DNA from: Alkalilimnicola ehrlichii MLHE-1
GTDB taxonomy: Bacteria > Pseudomonadota > Gammaproteobacteria > Nitrococcales > Halorhodospiraceae
Length of the DNA stretch: 32,000 nt
NCBI RefSeq assembly: GCF_000014785.1
Contig: NC_008340.1
Coordinates: 150,001 to 182,000 of the forward strand
Direction of reading: 5' to 3'
Shown: piece by piece, positions 8,526-17,493 of the stretch
Position numbering within the stretch: the stretch's first letter is position 1
Layout: every line of letters starts with the position of its first letter
Position numbers and translations under genes: made by a program
The notes under the pieces: generated by a model
Told to the model about the DNA's origin: nothing
The model's input: the letters and a program-made list of their open reading frames with translations, nothing else
Databases searched by the model: none

Positions 8526-10421
8526 TCAGGGTCGGGCCTTGGCCAGGAACTCGTCGAACATCAGCAGCGACCACAGCGCCGGGCTGTGGTCACGGGCGCC
8601 GCGGGTGTGTTCGTCCACCAGCCGGTTGAGAAAGTCCATGTCGAAGAGGCCGGACTCGCCGATGCGCGGGCCCAGCACCTGGTCGCGCACCCGCTGGCGC
8701 AACGGGCCGCGGAACCACTCGGCCACCGGCACCGCGAAGCCGCGCTTCTTCCGGTATAGCACCTCGTGGGGCAGGTGCGGCTCCATGGCCTTCTTCAGCA
8801 GGTGCTTGCCCTCGCTGCCGTTCAGCTTCATCTCCGGCGGCAGGCCCGACATCCACTCCACCAGCTTGTGGTCCAGGATCGGCACCCGGACCTCCAGGGC
8901 GTGGGCCATGCTGGCCCGGTCCACCTTGGTCAGGATGTCCCCCGGCAGGTAGGTCTTCATGTCCAGGTACTGCACCAGCGACAGTGGGTGATCGGTGGGC
9001 GCCTGTGCGGCGTGCCGGCGCAGCACGTCCACGGCGCTGTAGCCCTGCAGTTCGCTGCGAAAGCCGGACGAGAACAGGTGGCGGCGCAGGTCATCCCGCA
9101 GGATGGAGACCCCTTGGAAGTAGCCCTCCACCGCGTCCCGGGCCAGGGCCTGGAAGGTGGCCTTGGCGCGGAAGACCCGGGGCGCCCAGTCGGCCTTGGG
9201 GTAGACCCGCGCCAGGCTGCCGAACAGGCCCCGGCGCAGGCCCAACGGCAGCAGGCCGCGCAACCGCTCCTCGCCCAGGTGGTGGCGGTAGCGCCGGTAG
9301 CCGGCCAGGTTTTCGTCGCCGCCGTCGCCGGACAGGGCCACCACCACCTGGCGGCGGGCCTGCTCGCAGACCCGGTAGGTGGGCAGCGCCGAGCTGTCAG
9401 CGAAGGGCTCGTCGTAAAGCGCGCCCAATTTGCCCAGGAGGTCGAAGTCGTCCGGGTTGACCTGGTCCAGCCGGTGGGCGGTCCGGTAGCGCTCGGCGAC
9501 CATGCGGGCGTACTCCGACTCGTCGTAGCGCGGGTCGTCGAAGCCGATGGAACAGGTGCGCACCGGATCGGGGGAGAGGCCGGCCATCATGGCGACTACG
9601 GCGCTGGAGTCCACCCCGCCGGAGAGGAAGGCGCCCAGCGGCACCTCCGCCACCAGCCGGATCTCCACCGCCTCGCGCAGGCGCCGGACCAGCTCTTCGG
9701 CGGCCTCCGCCTCGCCCATGGCCGGCAGGGGTGCGAAGGGGACGTCCCAGTAGGCGCGACTGGCCGGCACCCCGCCCTGCCCGCGGCGCACGGTCAGGGT
9801 GTGGCCCGGGGGCAGCTTGTGCACCCCGGCAAAGATGCTGCGCGGCTCCGGCACGTAGCCGAACCCGAAGTACTCCTCCACCGCGCAGGGGTCGAGCTGG
9901 CGGGGCAGATCCGGGTGGGCCATGAGCGCCTTGAGCTCCGAGGCGAAGAGCAGGTGCCCGTCCGGCAGCGCCGCGTAGTAGAGCGGTTTGATGCCCAGCC
10001 GGTCACGGGCCAGAAAAAGGGTCTCGCGGTTGCGGTCCCAGAGGGCGAAGGCGAACATGCCGCGGAAGCGCTCCACGCAGGCCTCGCCCCACTCCTCCCA
10101 GGCGTGGACGATGACCTCGGTGTCGCAGTGGGTGCGGAAGGTGTGGCCGGCGCTCTGCAGTGTCCGGGTGAGCTCCGGGAAGTTGTAGATCTCGCCGTTG
10201 TAGGTCACCGCCACCGACCCGTCCTCGTTGAACAGCGGCTGCTGGCCGCTGGACAGGTCGATGATGGAGAGCCGCCGGTGGGCCAGGCCGACGCCGGGCT
10301 CGTGGTGCAGCCCGCCCTCGTCCGGACCCCGGTGGTACTGGGTCTGGTTCATGGCCTCGAGCAGCGGGACGTCTATCGGGCGCTGGGCCTGGAGATCGAA
10401 GATGCCGGTGATACCGCACAT
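8526..10421 (-). CDS. Exosortase A system-associated amidotransferase / asparagine synthase (glutamine-hydrolysing), TIGR03108-like
   Basis: MCGITGIFD N-terminal Cys nucleophile, YHRGPDEGG, NGEIYNF, FLSGGVDSSAVVAMM, ALSGDGGDENLAGY. Confidence 0.9.
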   Translation of the reverse strand: MCGITGIFDLQAQRPIDVPLLEAMNQTQYHRGPDEGGLHHEPGVGLAHRRLSIIDLSSGQQPLFNEDGSVAVTYNGEIYNFPELTRTLQSAGHTFRTHCDTEVIVHAWEEWGEACVERFRGMFAFALWDRNRETLFLARDRLGIKPLYYAALPDGHLLFASELKALMAHPDLPRQLDPCAVEEYFGFGYVPEPRSIFAGVHKLPPGHTLTVRRGQGGVPASRAYWDVPFAPLPAMGEAEAAEELVRRLREAVEIRLVAEVPLGAFLSGGVDSSAVVAMMAGLSPDPVRTCSIGFDDPRYDESEYARMVAERYRTAHRLDQVNPDDFDLLGKLGALYDEPFADSSALPTYRVCEQARRQVVVALSGDGGDENLAGYRRYRHHLGEERLRGLLPLGLRRGLFGSLARVYPKADWAPRVFRAKATFQALARDAVEGYFQGVSILRDDLRRHLFSSGFRSELQGYSAVDVLRRHAAQAPTDHPLSLVQYLDMKTYLPGDILTKVDRASMAHALEVRVPILDHKLVEWMSGLPPEMKLNGSEGKHLLKKAMEPHLPHEVLYRKKRGFAVPVAEWFRGPLRQRVRDQVLGPRIGESGLFDMDFLNRLVDEHTRGARDHSPALWSLLMFDEFLAKARP

Positions 10422-10424
10422 GGC

Positions 10425-11633
10425 CTAGCCCCGCCTCCCCGGCACGGCCGGCAAGGGGTGTTCGGCCAGCGCCTGATCGTAGACCCTCATGTAGCCCTCC
10501 ACCATGGCCTCCATGCTGAATACCGCCTCCGCCCGGGCCCGCGCGGCCTCGCCCTCGCGCTGCCGCCGTTCCGGGTCGTCCAGGTAGGCCTGGAGGTGCC
10601 GGGCGAGGGTTGACGGATCGCCTGCCGGGACCAGCGTGCCGGTCTCGCCGGGCCGCACCAGGTCCGGGTTGCCGCCCACCTCGGTGGCGACCACTGGCAG
10701 CCCGCAGGCCATGGCCTCCAGGACGGTGTTGCAGATGCCCTCGGCGAGTGACGGCAACACGAACAGGTCCAGGGCGCGCATCACCGCCGCCACATCGTCC
10801 CGGGCGCCGGGCAGCCAGGCCTGATCCGCCACCCCGGCCTCCGCCAGCCGCCGGGCGACGCGCTCGCTCAGGGGGCCGTCGCCCACCAGCACCAGCCGCA
10901 GGCGGGGGAAGCGGGCGGGTGCCCGTTCGCGCAGCGCGATGAAGGCATCAACGAGATCCTCCGGGGCCTTGACCGCCTGCATGCGCATCACGCTGCCCAC
11001 CACCAGGCTGCCCTCCGGCGCGAAGCCGTCCGGCAGTGGCGAGGCCTCGTCCCGACGGCGGGGCCTGAAGCGGTGGGTGTCCACACCGTTGCAGACGTGG
11101 TGCAACCGCCCCTCCGGCACGCCGATGGCACCGGCCAGGTAGTCCAGCTGCTGGCGCGACAGGGCGATATAGCGCCCCACCAACGGTCGGGCCAGGCGGC
11201 GCATCAGGCGGTGTTTGGTGCGGGCGCCGTCGAGATCGCCGATATCCCAGCCGTGCTCACCGTGGATGCGTGCCCGCACGCCGGCCGCCGCGGCGGTGGC
11301 CTGGGCCTCCAGGGTGGCGAGGTTGCGGGTGTGGACGATGGCCGGGCGCAACGACCGCAGCAGCCGGTGCAGGCGCCGATGCACCCCCAGGTCCTTGCCC
11401 TCGCGCTTGTGCAGGGCGTGCAGGCTCACATCATCGCGGTGGATGCGCTGGCTGAAGTCGGTGTACCGGGTCATGCAGACGATGGCGTGGCGGTAGCGCT
11501 CGGCCGGCATGTGGTTGATCAGGTTGACCAGGCCGTTCTCCATGCCGCCCACGTCCAGGCGGTGGATGATATGGGCCACCAGCGGGCGCTCGTCGCCCGG
11601 GGCCGCCGTTGCCAGGGGGCGGGCCGCGCTCAT
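10425..11633 (-). CDS. Sugar transferase, PEP-CTERM/EpsH1 system-associated (TIGR03088-like, GT4)
   Basis: LVAHIIHRLDVGGMENGLVNLINHMPAERYRHAIVCMTRYTDF..., LFVLPSLAEGICNTVLEAMACGLPVVATEVGGNPDLV. Confidence 0.88.
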   Translation of the reverse strand: MSAARPLATAAPGDERPLVAHIIHRLDVGGMENGLVNLINHMPAERYRHAIVCMTRYTDFSQRIHRDDVSLHALHKREGKDLGVHRRLHRLLRSLRPAIVHTRNLATLEAQATAAAAGVRARIHGEHGWDIGDLDGARTKHRLMRRLARPLVGRYIALSRQQLDYLAGAIGVPEGRLHHVCNGVDTHRFRPRRRDEASPLPDGFAPEGSLVVGSVMRMQAVKAPEDLVDAFIALRERAPARFPRLRLVLVGDGPLSERVARRLAEAGVADQAWLPGARDDVAAVMRALDLFVLPSLAEGICNTVLEAMACGLPVVATEVGGNPDLVRPGETGTLVPAGDPSTLARHLQAYLDDPERRQREGEAARARAEAVFSMEAMVEGYMRVYDQALAEHPLPAVPGRRG

Positions 11634-13204
11634 GGTCCCGCCACGCCGTCGAGCAGGCGGAGCGCCTGGGGCAGGGCCTGCGCCGCGTACTGCGCCAATG
11701 CGGCCTCGGCCTCCGCGGGGTCGTTGCGGTAGTCGGCGTAGAGGACCACCAGGGCGGCGTCGTCCCGCCCGCCCAGCAGGCGGCTGAGGGCCTCTCGTGC
11801 CTTGACCTCGTGGCCGCTGGTGGTCAGCCGGCCACCCACCCAGTACCAGCGCCAGGCCACCACCCGGCGGCCATCCGGGCCGGAGAGCAGCACCCGGTCG
11901 CCCTGCCGGTCGATGCCGGGCACGGCGGTCCGGCCGCCGCTGTGCTGTCGCCAGTCGTCGCGGTGACGGCCGGCCAGGGTGTTGGCCCAGCCGACCATGT
12001 TGCCGTGGCGGTGCTGGGCGCGATAGTAGTCGATGTGGAGGCCAACGGCGTGCCCGGCCTCCTCCTGGACGACCAGGCCGCCGCGGCTGGCGCGGGCGTT
12101 ACGGTAGCCGGGGGTCCAGGGCTCGGCGTCGGCCTCGCTCGCGGCCTGCCAGCCCTCGACCAGCAGCGGGCCACTGCCCAGGCCCTGCACTTCGCCCAGG
12201 TCCCGGTGGTTCATCCAGCCGGCATAGAGTGGGCCGCTGACAGTGAGCAGCAGCGCCAGGGCGGTGGCGGTGACCAGGCGCCCGGTGCGGGGCGCGGGCT
12301 CGGCTACCCCGGTGCCTGGCGTCTTGTCCCCGCTGTTCTGGCCTGTGGACAGGTGGTCTTCCCGCCAGAGGGCCCCGATCAGGAACATCAACAGGATGAC
12401 CACCCCGAAGAAGACCCAGCCATAGAGTAGGTGGTCCACCCCGGCGGCCAAGCGCATGTCGCTCAGGTGGCCGATCATCACGATGCCGTAGGCGCGCAGC
12501 CAGTTGGCAACGATGGGCACGAGGATGGCGATGGCCACGAAGATCAGCCGCCGGGTCCAGCTTCGGTACATGAGATAGGCGAACAGGGTGCCCAGGGCCA
12601 CCGAGGCGATCAGGTAGCGCACGCCGCTGCAGGCGGCCACCACCGACCAGCGGCCGGTGGGCAGGTCGAAGAACAGGCCGTCCCGGTAGACCGGGACCCC
12701 GGTGAGGCGGATGGCGCCCACCGTGAAGTCGGCGGTCCAGATCATCATCGGCTCCACCATGAATTCGCCGAAGGGTACGGCGAACAGCAGGTAGGCCAGC
12801 GGGAACTGCAGCCGGCGGGTGATCTCGCCGCCGAGCACCAGCCAGACCAGGGCCGGGACCATCAGCACGGCGGCGAACTGGCGCACCGAGATGACATCCA
12901 CCAGCTCGCCCATCACCCACATCAGGGTGATCAGCACCAGCGGGATGACGGCCAGCAGGCAGGGCCGGGGCTGCAGAGACGCCAGCTCATGGCGCAGGCG
13001 GAAGACCAGGAAGGCCACGATGGGGACGATGAGAAACCCGTGGGCGAAGGTCTCCGAGCGCTGCCAGGTCTCCACCATGCTGGTGAAGGTGGGGAAGAAC
13101 GCCACCAGCAGCGCGGTCAGCGCTACCGCCATGGCGGTCAGCGCCCGGGGCCAGCCCGGTGCCGGGTGCACCGCCCCGGCGCCCTGCGACCACTCAACGG
13201 CCAT
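11630..13204 (-). CDS. xrtA: Exosortase A with C-terminal EpsI-type domain
   Basis: Multi-TM N-terminal half with exosortase signature: VVAACSGVRYL (Cys), IVANWLRAYGIVMIGH (Arg), DHLLYGWVFF (His). C-terminal soluble EpsI-like domain GWQAASEADAEPWTPGYRNA...LHIDYYRAQHRHGNMVGWANTL...VVAWRWYWVGG. Confidence 0.93.
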   Translation of the reverse strand: MAVEWSQGAGAVHPAPGWPRALTAMAVALTALLVAFFPTFTSMVETWQRSETFAHGFLIVPIVAFLVFRLRHELASLQPRPCLLAVIPLVLITLMWVMGELVDVISVRQFAAVLMVPALVWLVLGGEITRRLQFPLAYLLFAVPFGEFMVEPMMIWTADFTVGAIRLTGVPVYRDGLFFDLPTGRWSVVAACSGVRYLIASVALGTLFAYLMYRSWTRRLIFVAIAILVPIVANWLRAYGIVMIGHLSDMRLAAGVDHLLYGWVFFGVVILLMFLIGALWREDHLSTGQNSGDKTPGTGVAEPAPRTGRLVTATALALLLTVSGPLYAGWMNHRDLGEVQGLGSGPLLVEGWQAASEADAEPWTPGYRNARASRGGLVVQEEAGHAVGLHIDYYRAQHRHGNMVGWANTLAGRHRDDWRQHSGGRTAVPGIDRQGDRVLLSGPDGRRVVAWRWYWVGGRLTTSGHEVKAREALSRLLGGRDDAALVVLYADYRNDPAEAEAALAQYAAQALPQALRLLDGVAGP

Positions 13205-14447
13205 GACTCGCCTCCAGCGCCAGGTCGCCGGCGACTCCCGGTGCCGCCTCTTCGCCGTCCAGGAGCGCGTCGAGCTGGGCCAGGTTGCGATCCCAGTCGT
13301 AGTCGGCGAGCACCCGCTCGCGCGCCGACTTTCCCAGGATCGGGTCGGGGTCGGTCAGTTGCGCGGCCACCCGGGTGGCGAAGGCCTCCGGCTCGTCCCA
13401 CGCCAGCAGCAGGTCCTCGCCGGGGCGGGCGGTGAGCCCCTCCAGCGCCTGGGGGGTGGCCACCACCGGCCGGCCCAGGGCCATGGCCTCCAGTACCTTG
13501 TTCTGCACCCCGCGGGCGATGCGCAGCGGTGCCACCGCCAGCGCCGCGTGCTGAATCCAGGGGCGCACGTCGTCCACGAAACCGGTGACCGTGACGCCGG
13601 GGCGCTGGGCCAGCGCCAGCACCCGCGGCGCCGGCCGGGAGCCCACCACGTGGAATTGCAATCCGGGGAGCCCGGCCTGCAGCCGGGGCAGGACCGCCTC
13701 GGCGAACCAGCAGGCCGCGTCCACGTTGGGCCAGTAGTCCATGGCCCCGGTCAGCACCACGGTGCGGGTGCCGGGTGGGTAGGGCGAGGGGCGTTGCGGG
13801 TCGGGGGCGAAGAAGCGGGCGTCGACGCCGTTGTTGAGGGCGTGCACCCGGCCGGTGCTCTCCGGGGCGAAGCCGCGGAAGCTCTCCGCCTCGGCCGGCG
13901 AGACGAACAGACTGGCGTCACTGGCGGCGGCCAGGCGGCGCTCGTAAGCCAGCAGCCGGCGGCCCTCGCGGCGATAGAGGGCGCTCATGGGCCAGCGCTT
14001 GCTGGCGGCGTACTGGGTCCACTTGTCCGAGTCTACGTCCACGAAGTCCACCACCCGCAGCAGCTCGCCGGCCCTGTCGGGCAGGTACTGGCCCATGGCC
14101 GAGGAGAAGACCAGCGCCCGGCGGATGCGGTGGCGCGCGAGGGTGTCGTCCACCCAGTCCTGGAGGGTGCGGTCGCGGTACCAGGGCAGGGTCAGCGGCT
14201 CGCCGGTGAGCAGCCCGGTGAGGGCCCGGGTGCGGGCCCGGCTGGCGGGGAGCGGACGGGCGCAGACGCTGGCGCAGAGTCGTTCCAGCTCCGGCACGTG
14301 GGCCTGGTCCGCCGGGTCGTCCACGAAGGTGCCCAGGTGTACCCGGTAGCGCCCGGCCAGGTGGCGCAGGATATGGTAAGAGCGGATCTTGTCGCCCTTA
14401 TTGGGGGGCCAGGGGATGCGGTGGACCAGAAACAGCACGTCTTCCAT
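13194..14447 (-). CDS. Sugar transferase, PEP-CTERM/EpsH1 system-associated (TIGR03087-like)
   Basis: MEDVLFLVHRIPWPPNKGDKIRSYHILRHLAGRYRVHLGTFVDDP..., VTGFVDDVRPWIQHAALAVAPLRIARGVQNKVLEAMALGRPVVAT. Confidence 0.9.
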   Translation of the reverse strand: MEDVLFLVHRIPWPPNKGDKIRSYHILRHLAGRYRVHLGTFVDDPADQAHVPELERLCASVCARPLPASRARTRALTGLLTGEPLTLPWYRDRTLQDWVDDTLARHRIRRALVFSSAMGQYLPDRAGELLRVVDFVDVDSDKWTQYAASKRWPMSALYRREGRRLLAYERRLAAASDASLFVSPAEAESFRGFAPESTGRVHALNNGVDARFFAPDPQRPSPYPPGTRTVVLTGAMDYWPNVDAACWFAEAVLPRLQAGLPGLQFHVVGSRPAPRVLALAQRPGVTVTGFVDDVRPWIQHAALAVAPLRIARGVQNKVLEAMALGRPVVATPQALEGLTARPGEDLLLAWDEPEAFATRVAAQLTDPDPILGKSARERVLADYDWDRNLAQLDALLDGEEAAPGVAGDLALEASHGR

Positions 14448-14451
14448 CGGC

Positions 14452-15504
14452 TTACCCCAGGTTGCGGACCACGTAGGGGCCGATGGCGTTGGCCACCGGC
14501 AGCGGCAGGCGCTGCCACCAGCGGATCAGCCGCTGGTACTTGGGGTTAAGCGGGTTGTTGTCCGGCACGGCATCGCCCCGGTGGAGCTCAAACTCGTAGT
14601 GGAGCGGCTCGGGCTCGAACCCCCAGTTCTTCTTGAAGCTGAAGGAGCCGGTCCCGCGCTTGCTGCGGCCGAAGTCGAACAGCCGGTAGCCGGCCTCGCA
14701 ACCCCGGCGCATCAACTCCCAGTACATGAAGTCGTAGCCGGCCACCTCGCGGGCGAGCGGGGTGCCGCCGCCGTAGTAGGGCAGCACCTCGTCGCGGAAG
14801 TAGAAGCTGAGCACGCTGGCCACCGGCTGGCCGTCGCGGGTGACCGTGAGGTATTCACAGTCGTCGCCGAAGACCGCCTTCAGGATGCGGAAGTAGCGGC
14901 GGCTGAAGACCGGGGTCCCCATGCGGTGCACGTTGCCGGCGTAGACGGGGAAGAAACGGGTCTCGTCGGTATCCACCTCGCTGGTCAGCCCGGCCTTGAT
15001 GCCCTTGCGCACCATCCGCCGCTGCTTGCGGGGGATGGCGTTCATGTTGGCCTCCACCTCCGGCTCGATGGGCTTGCGGAAGGTGACGTACAGGTCCTTG
15101 GTCGGCCAGTCCGGGTGGTAGGGACGGCGGTGCCGGTATTCCAGGTGGTCGACCCCCTGGTCGGCCGCCTCGGCGCGGGCGGCCTCGTCCAGGGCCCGGG
15201 CCGCACCGGGGTCGTCGGCGACGATGCCGCCGTAGACACAGAAGGGCAGCGAGACCAGCGAGTGGCCGAAGAGCAGGCTCTTCACCCGGGCCAGGGGCAG
15301 CACCCCGACGATTTGCCCCTCGCGCTCGGCGAACAGGAACAGCGTGGGGTGGCCGAAGGCGCGCCGGATCACCTCCGCCCAGCCAGCGCGGTGGAAAAAG
15401 GTGGCCTCCGGGCAGGCGGTCACGTAGGCGTCCCAGCGTGGGATCGCCTCCGGGGTGAGGGTGCAAACCTGTACCGTCGTGCCTTGCAGGGTGTCGGGCG
15501 CCAT
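14452..15504 (-). CDS. FemAB-like GNAT-fold protein, XrtA/PEP-CTERM system-associated (TIGR03019-like)
   Basis: FFHRAGWAEVIRRAFGHPTLFLFAEREGQIVGVLPLARVKSLLFGHSLVSLPFCVYGG...FDFGRSKRGTGSFSFKKNWGFEPEPLHYE. Start at ATG 15504 preferred; the track's 15522 start is a TTG. Confidence 0.87.
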   Translation of the reverse strand: MAPDTLQGTTVQVCTLTPEAIPRWDAYVTACPEATFFHRAGWAEVIRRAFGHPTLFLFAEREGQIVGVLPLARVKSLLFGHSLVSLPFCVYGGIVADDPGAARALDEAARAEAADQGVDHLEYRHRRPYHPDWPTKDLYVTFRKPIEPEVEANMNAIPRKQRRMVRKGIKAGLTSEVDTDETRFFPVYAGNVHRMGTPVFSRRYFRILKAVFGDDCEYLTVTRDGQPVASVLSFYFRDEVLPYYGGGTPLAREVAGYDFMYWELMRRGCEAGYRLFDFGRSKRGTGSFSFKKNWGFEPEPLHYEFELHRGDAVPDNNPLNPKYQRLIRWWQRLPLPVANAIGPYVVRNLG

Positions 15505-15518
15505 GGGGTGCGGCTCCG

Positions 15519-16412
15519 TCAAGCGAGTTCAGGCGCGGCGGCTGGCGGCGTGGCCTGCTGTGGTTCGCCGGCAAGGGCACTGGCGTAGACCTGGTCCATC
15601 CGGTCCCAGCGGAAGTCGTGCAGCAACCGCTCCAGCCGCGCCTCCATGCGGTGCAGATTGAGGTAGTGGCGAAAGCGGGTCTTCAGGCCGATGCCCGGGA
15701 TCCGGGGCTGGCCGGGGTCGATCTCCCAAGGGTGGAAGTAGAAGACCGCCGGCTGGCCCTCGACGCGGTTGATGCGGTTCAGCGCGCCGCGGGAGGCCGC
15801 GTAGGGCAGCAGCCGGAAGTAGCCGCCGCCCGCGGCCGGAAGATTGCGCCCGGCCAGTGCCAGGGTGGCGGGGGGCAGCTCCAGGATACCGCCGCGCCCG
15901 GTGGGGCGGTGCGGGTGGCGCGGTGCCTCCGGCATGCCGTAGTGGTCGTGGCGCACCGGGTAGATGCTGGAGCTGTAGCGGTGCCCGGTCTCCGCCAGCA
16001 CCTCCAGGGCCCAGAGGTTGCTCCGGCCGATGGAGAAGCTGGGGGCGCGATAGCCCTTGACGGCGACCCCGCCGATGTCCTCCAGCAAGGCCTTGGCGCG
16101 GGTGATGTCGGCATGGAACTGGGCCGGGCCCAGGTCACTGACCCGTTCATGGCCGTAGCCGTGGCTGGCCAGCTCGTGGCCGCACTCGACGATGCGGCGC
16201 ACCGCCGCCGGGTAGCGCTCGGCGATCCAGCCCAGGGTGAAGAAGGTGGCCCGGGCATCCCGGCGCTCGAACAGAGCCAGGATCCGATCGAGATTGCGTT
16301 CCACCCGGCAGGCGCGGTGCGACCAGCTCTCGCGCGGGATGTGCGGCGCCAGCGCCGAGACCTGGAAGTAGTCCTCCACGTCCACGGTGAGGGCGTTCAC
16401 CACCCCCTGCAT
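15519..16412 (-). CDS. Polysaccharide deacetylase, XrtA system-associated (DUF3473-containing)
   Basis: MQGVVNALTVDVEDYFQVSALAPHIPRESW...ATFFTLGWIAERYPAAVRRIVECGHELASHGYGHERV...VKGYRAPSFSIGRSNLWALEVLAETGHRYSSSIYPVRHDHYG...FYFHPWEIDPGQPRI. Start trimmed from 16616 to ATG 16412, where homology begins. Confidence 0.92.
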   Translation of the reverse strand: MQGVVNALTVDVEDYFQVSALAPHIPRESWSHRACRVERNLDRILALFERRDARATFFTLGWIAERYPAAVRRIVECGHELASHGYGHERVSDLGPAQFHADITRAKALLEDIGGVAVKGYRAPSFSIGRSNLWALEVLAETGHRYSSSIYPVRHDHYGMPEAPRHPHRPTGRGGILELPPATLALAGRNLPAAGGGYFRLLPYAASRGALNRINRVEGQPAVFYFHPWEIDPGQPRIPGIGLKTRFRHYLNLHRMEARLERLLHDFRWDRMDQVYASALAGEPQQATPPAAAPELA

Positions 16413-16440
16413 GTCGCTGACCTGGCGGCCTTGTCCCTGC

Positions 16441-17490
16441 CTAGTCGTCATGGTGCTGCTCGTCCGGGTTGTGGTTTGGCGCCTCGCGCATGGCGGCGAG
16501 GATCTGGCGCGTGAGCTTGAAGTTATAGACCAAGTAGCGCTCGATGCGGTGCAGGCGCTTGTCCATCTGGTAGAGCGCCTCGTCGGCGTCATCGAGCCCG
16601 GGCAGCTCCAGGCCATTCAGGCCCCCGGCATCCTGCCCGTTCCGGTTCTTCGGCGCAGGGGCCGGTGCCGTTCCACCCCCCAGGTCATCCTCCAACTCAT
16701 TGATCACCGTCTCGGCCTGCTCCGGCCCCAAGGTGTGGCGCTCCTCCAGGAAGCCCATCAGGAACAGCCGGTCGCAGAAGGTGTTGACCCGCCGTGGGAT
16801 GCCGCCGGAATAATGATGGATGAGCGGCCAGATGGCCTCCTCGAAGCGGGGGTTGTCGGTCCACCCCACCTGCGCCAGGCGGTGCTCCACGTAGGCGCGG
16901 GTGTCCACCTCGTCCATGGGGCCGAGGTGGTAGGTGGCGATCACACGCTGGCGAAGCTGCTGCATGTTCTCGCTGCGCAGGATGCCCCGGAACTCCGGCT
17001 GCCCGAGTAGGAAGCTTTGTAGCAGCGGGCCGTCCTCGCCCTGGAAGTTGGAGAGCATGCGCAACTCCTCCACCGCGTCGTTGCCCAGGTTCTGGGCCTC
17101 GTCCACTACCAGCAGGGCCCGCTGTCCGCGCGCCCGGGTCCGCAGCAGGAACTGCTCCAGCCGTCGCAACTGACCGGCCTTGTCCGCCGGGGCGTCCTCC
17201 AGCCCGTAGGCCAGGCAGACCGAGCGGAGCAGGTTGTCGGCGTCCAGCTGGGTGCTCACGAGTTGGGCGGCCACCAGCGGCTTGCCGGAGAGGCTCTGGA
17301 AGAGGTTGCGCACCAGGGTGGTCTTGCCCGCGCCCACCTCGCCGGTGATGACGATGAAGCCCTCCTCCAACTGCACGCCGTACTCCAGGTAGGCCATGGC
17401 CCGGCGGTGCCCCTTGCTGCCGTAGAAGAACCGGGGGTCGGGGCTGAGGGCGAACGGCCGGGCCTGCAGTCCGTAGAAATCCTCGTACAT
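16441..17490 (-). CDS. XrtA-associated AAA ATPase (TIGR03015-like, GspA/ExeA-related)
   Basis: MYEDFYGLQARPFALSPDPRFFYGSKGHRRAMAYLEYGV; Walker A GEVGAGKTT; Walker B ALLVVDEAQNL. Confidence 0.92.
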   Translation of the reverse strand: MYEDFYGLQARPFALSPDPRFFYGSKGHRRAMAYLEYGVQLEEGFIVITGEVGAGKTTLVRNLFQSLSGKPLVAAQLVSTQLDADNLLRSVCLAYGLEDAPADKAGQLRRLEQFLLRTRARGQRALLVVDEAQNLGNDAVEELRMLSNFQGEDGPLLQSFLLGQPEFRGILRSENMQQLRQRVIATYHLGPMDEVDTRAYVEHRLAQVGWTDNPRFEEAIWPLIHHYSGGIPRRVNTFCDRLFLMGFLEERHTLGPEQAETVINELEDDLGGGTAPAPAPKNRNGQDAGGLNGLELPGLDDADEALYQMDKRLHRIERYLVYNFKLTRQILAAMREAPNHNPDEQHHDD

Positions 17491-17493
17491 GCC

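Noticed and set aside
8766-10613. Plus-strand 615-aa ORF opposite the amidotransferase
   Set aside because: Shadow ORF; the minus strand carries clear MCGI, NGEIYN and SGGVDSS motifs.
12431-15588. Large plus-strand ORFs (12431-13435, 12819-14549, 14389-15588) opposite exosortase, sugar transferase and FemAB genes
   Set aside because: Antisense to strongly motif-supported genes, compositionally biased, mutually overlapping.
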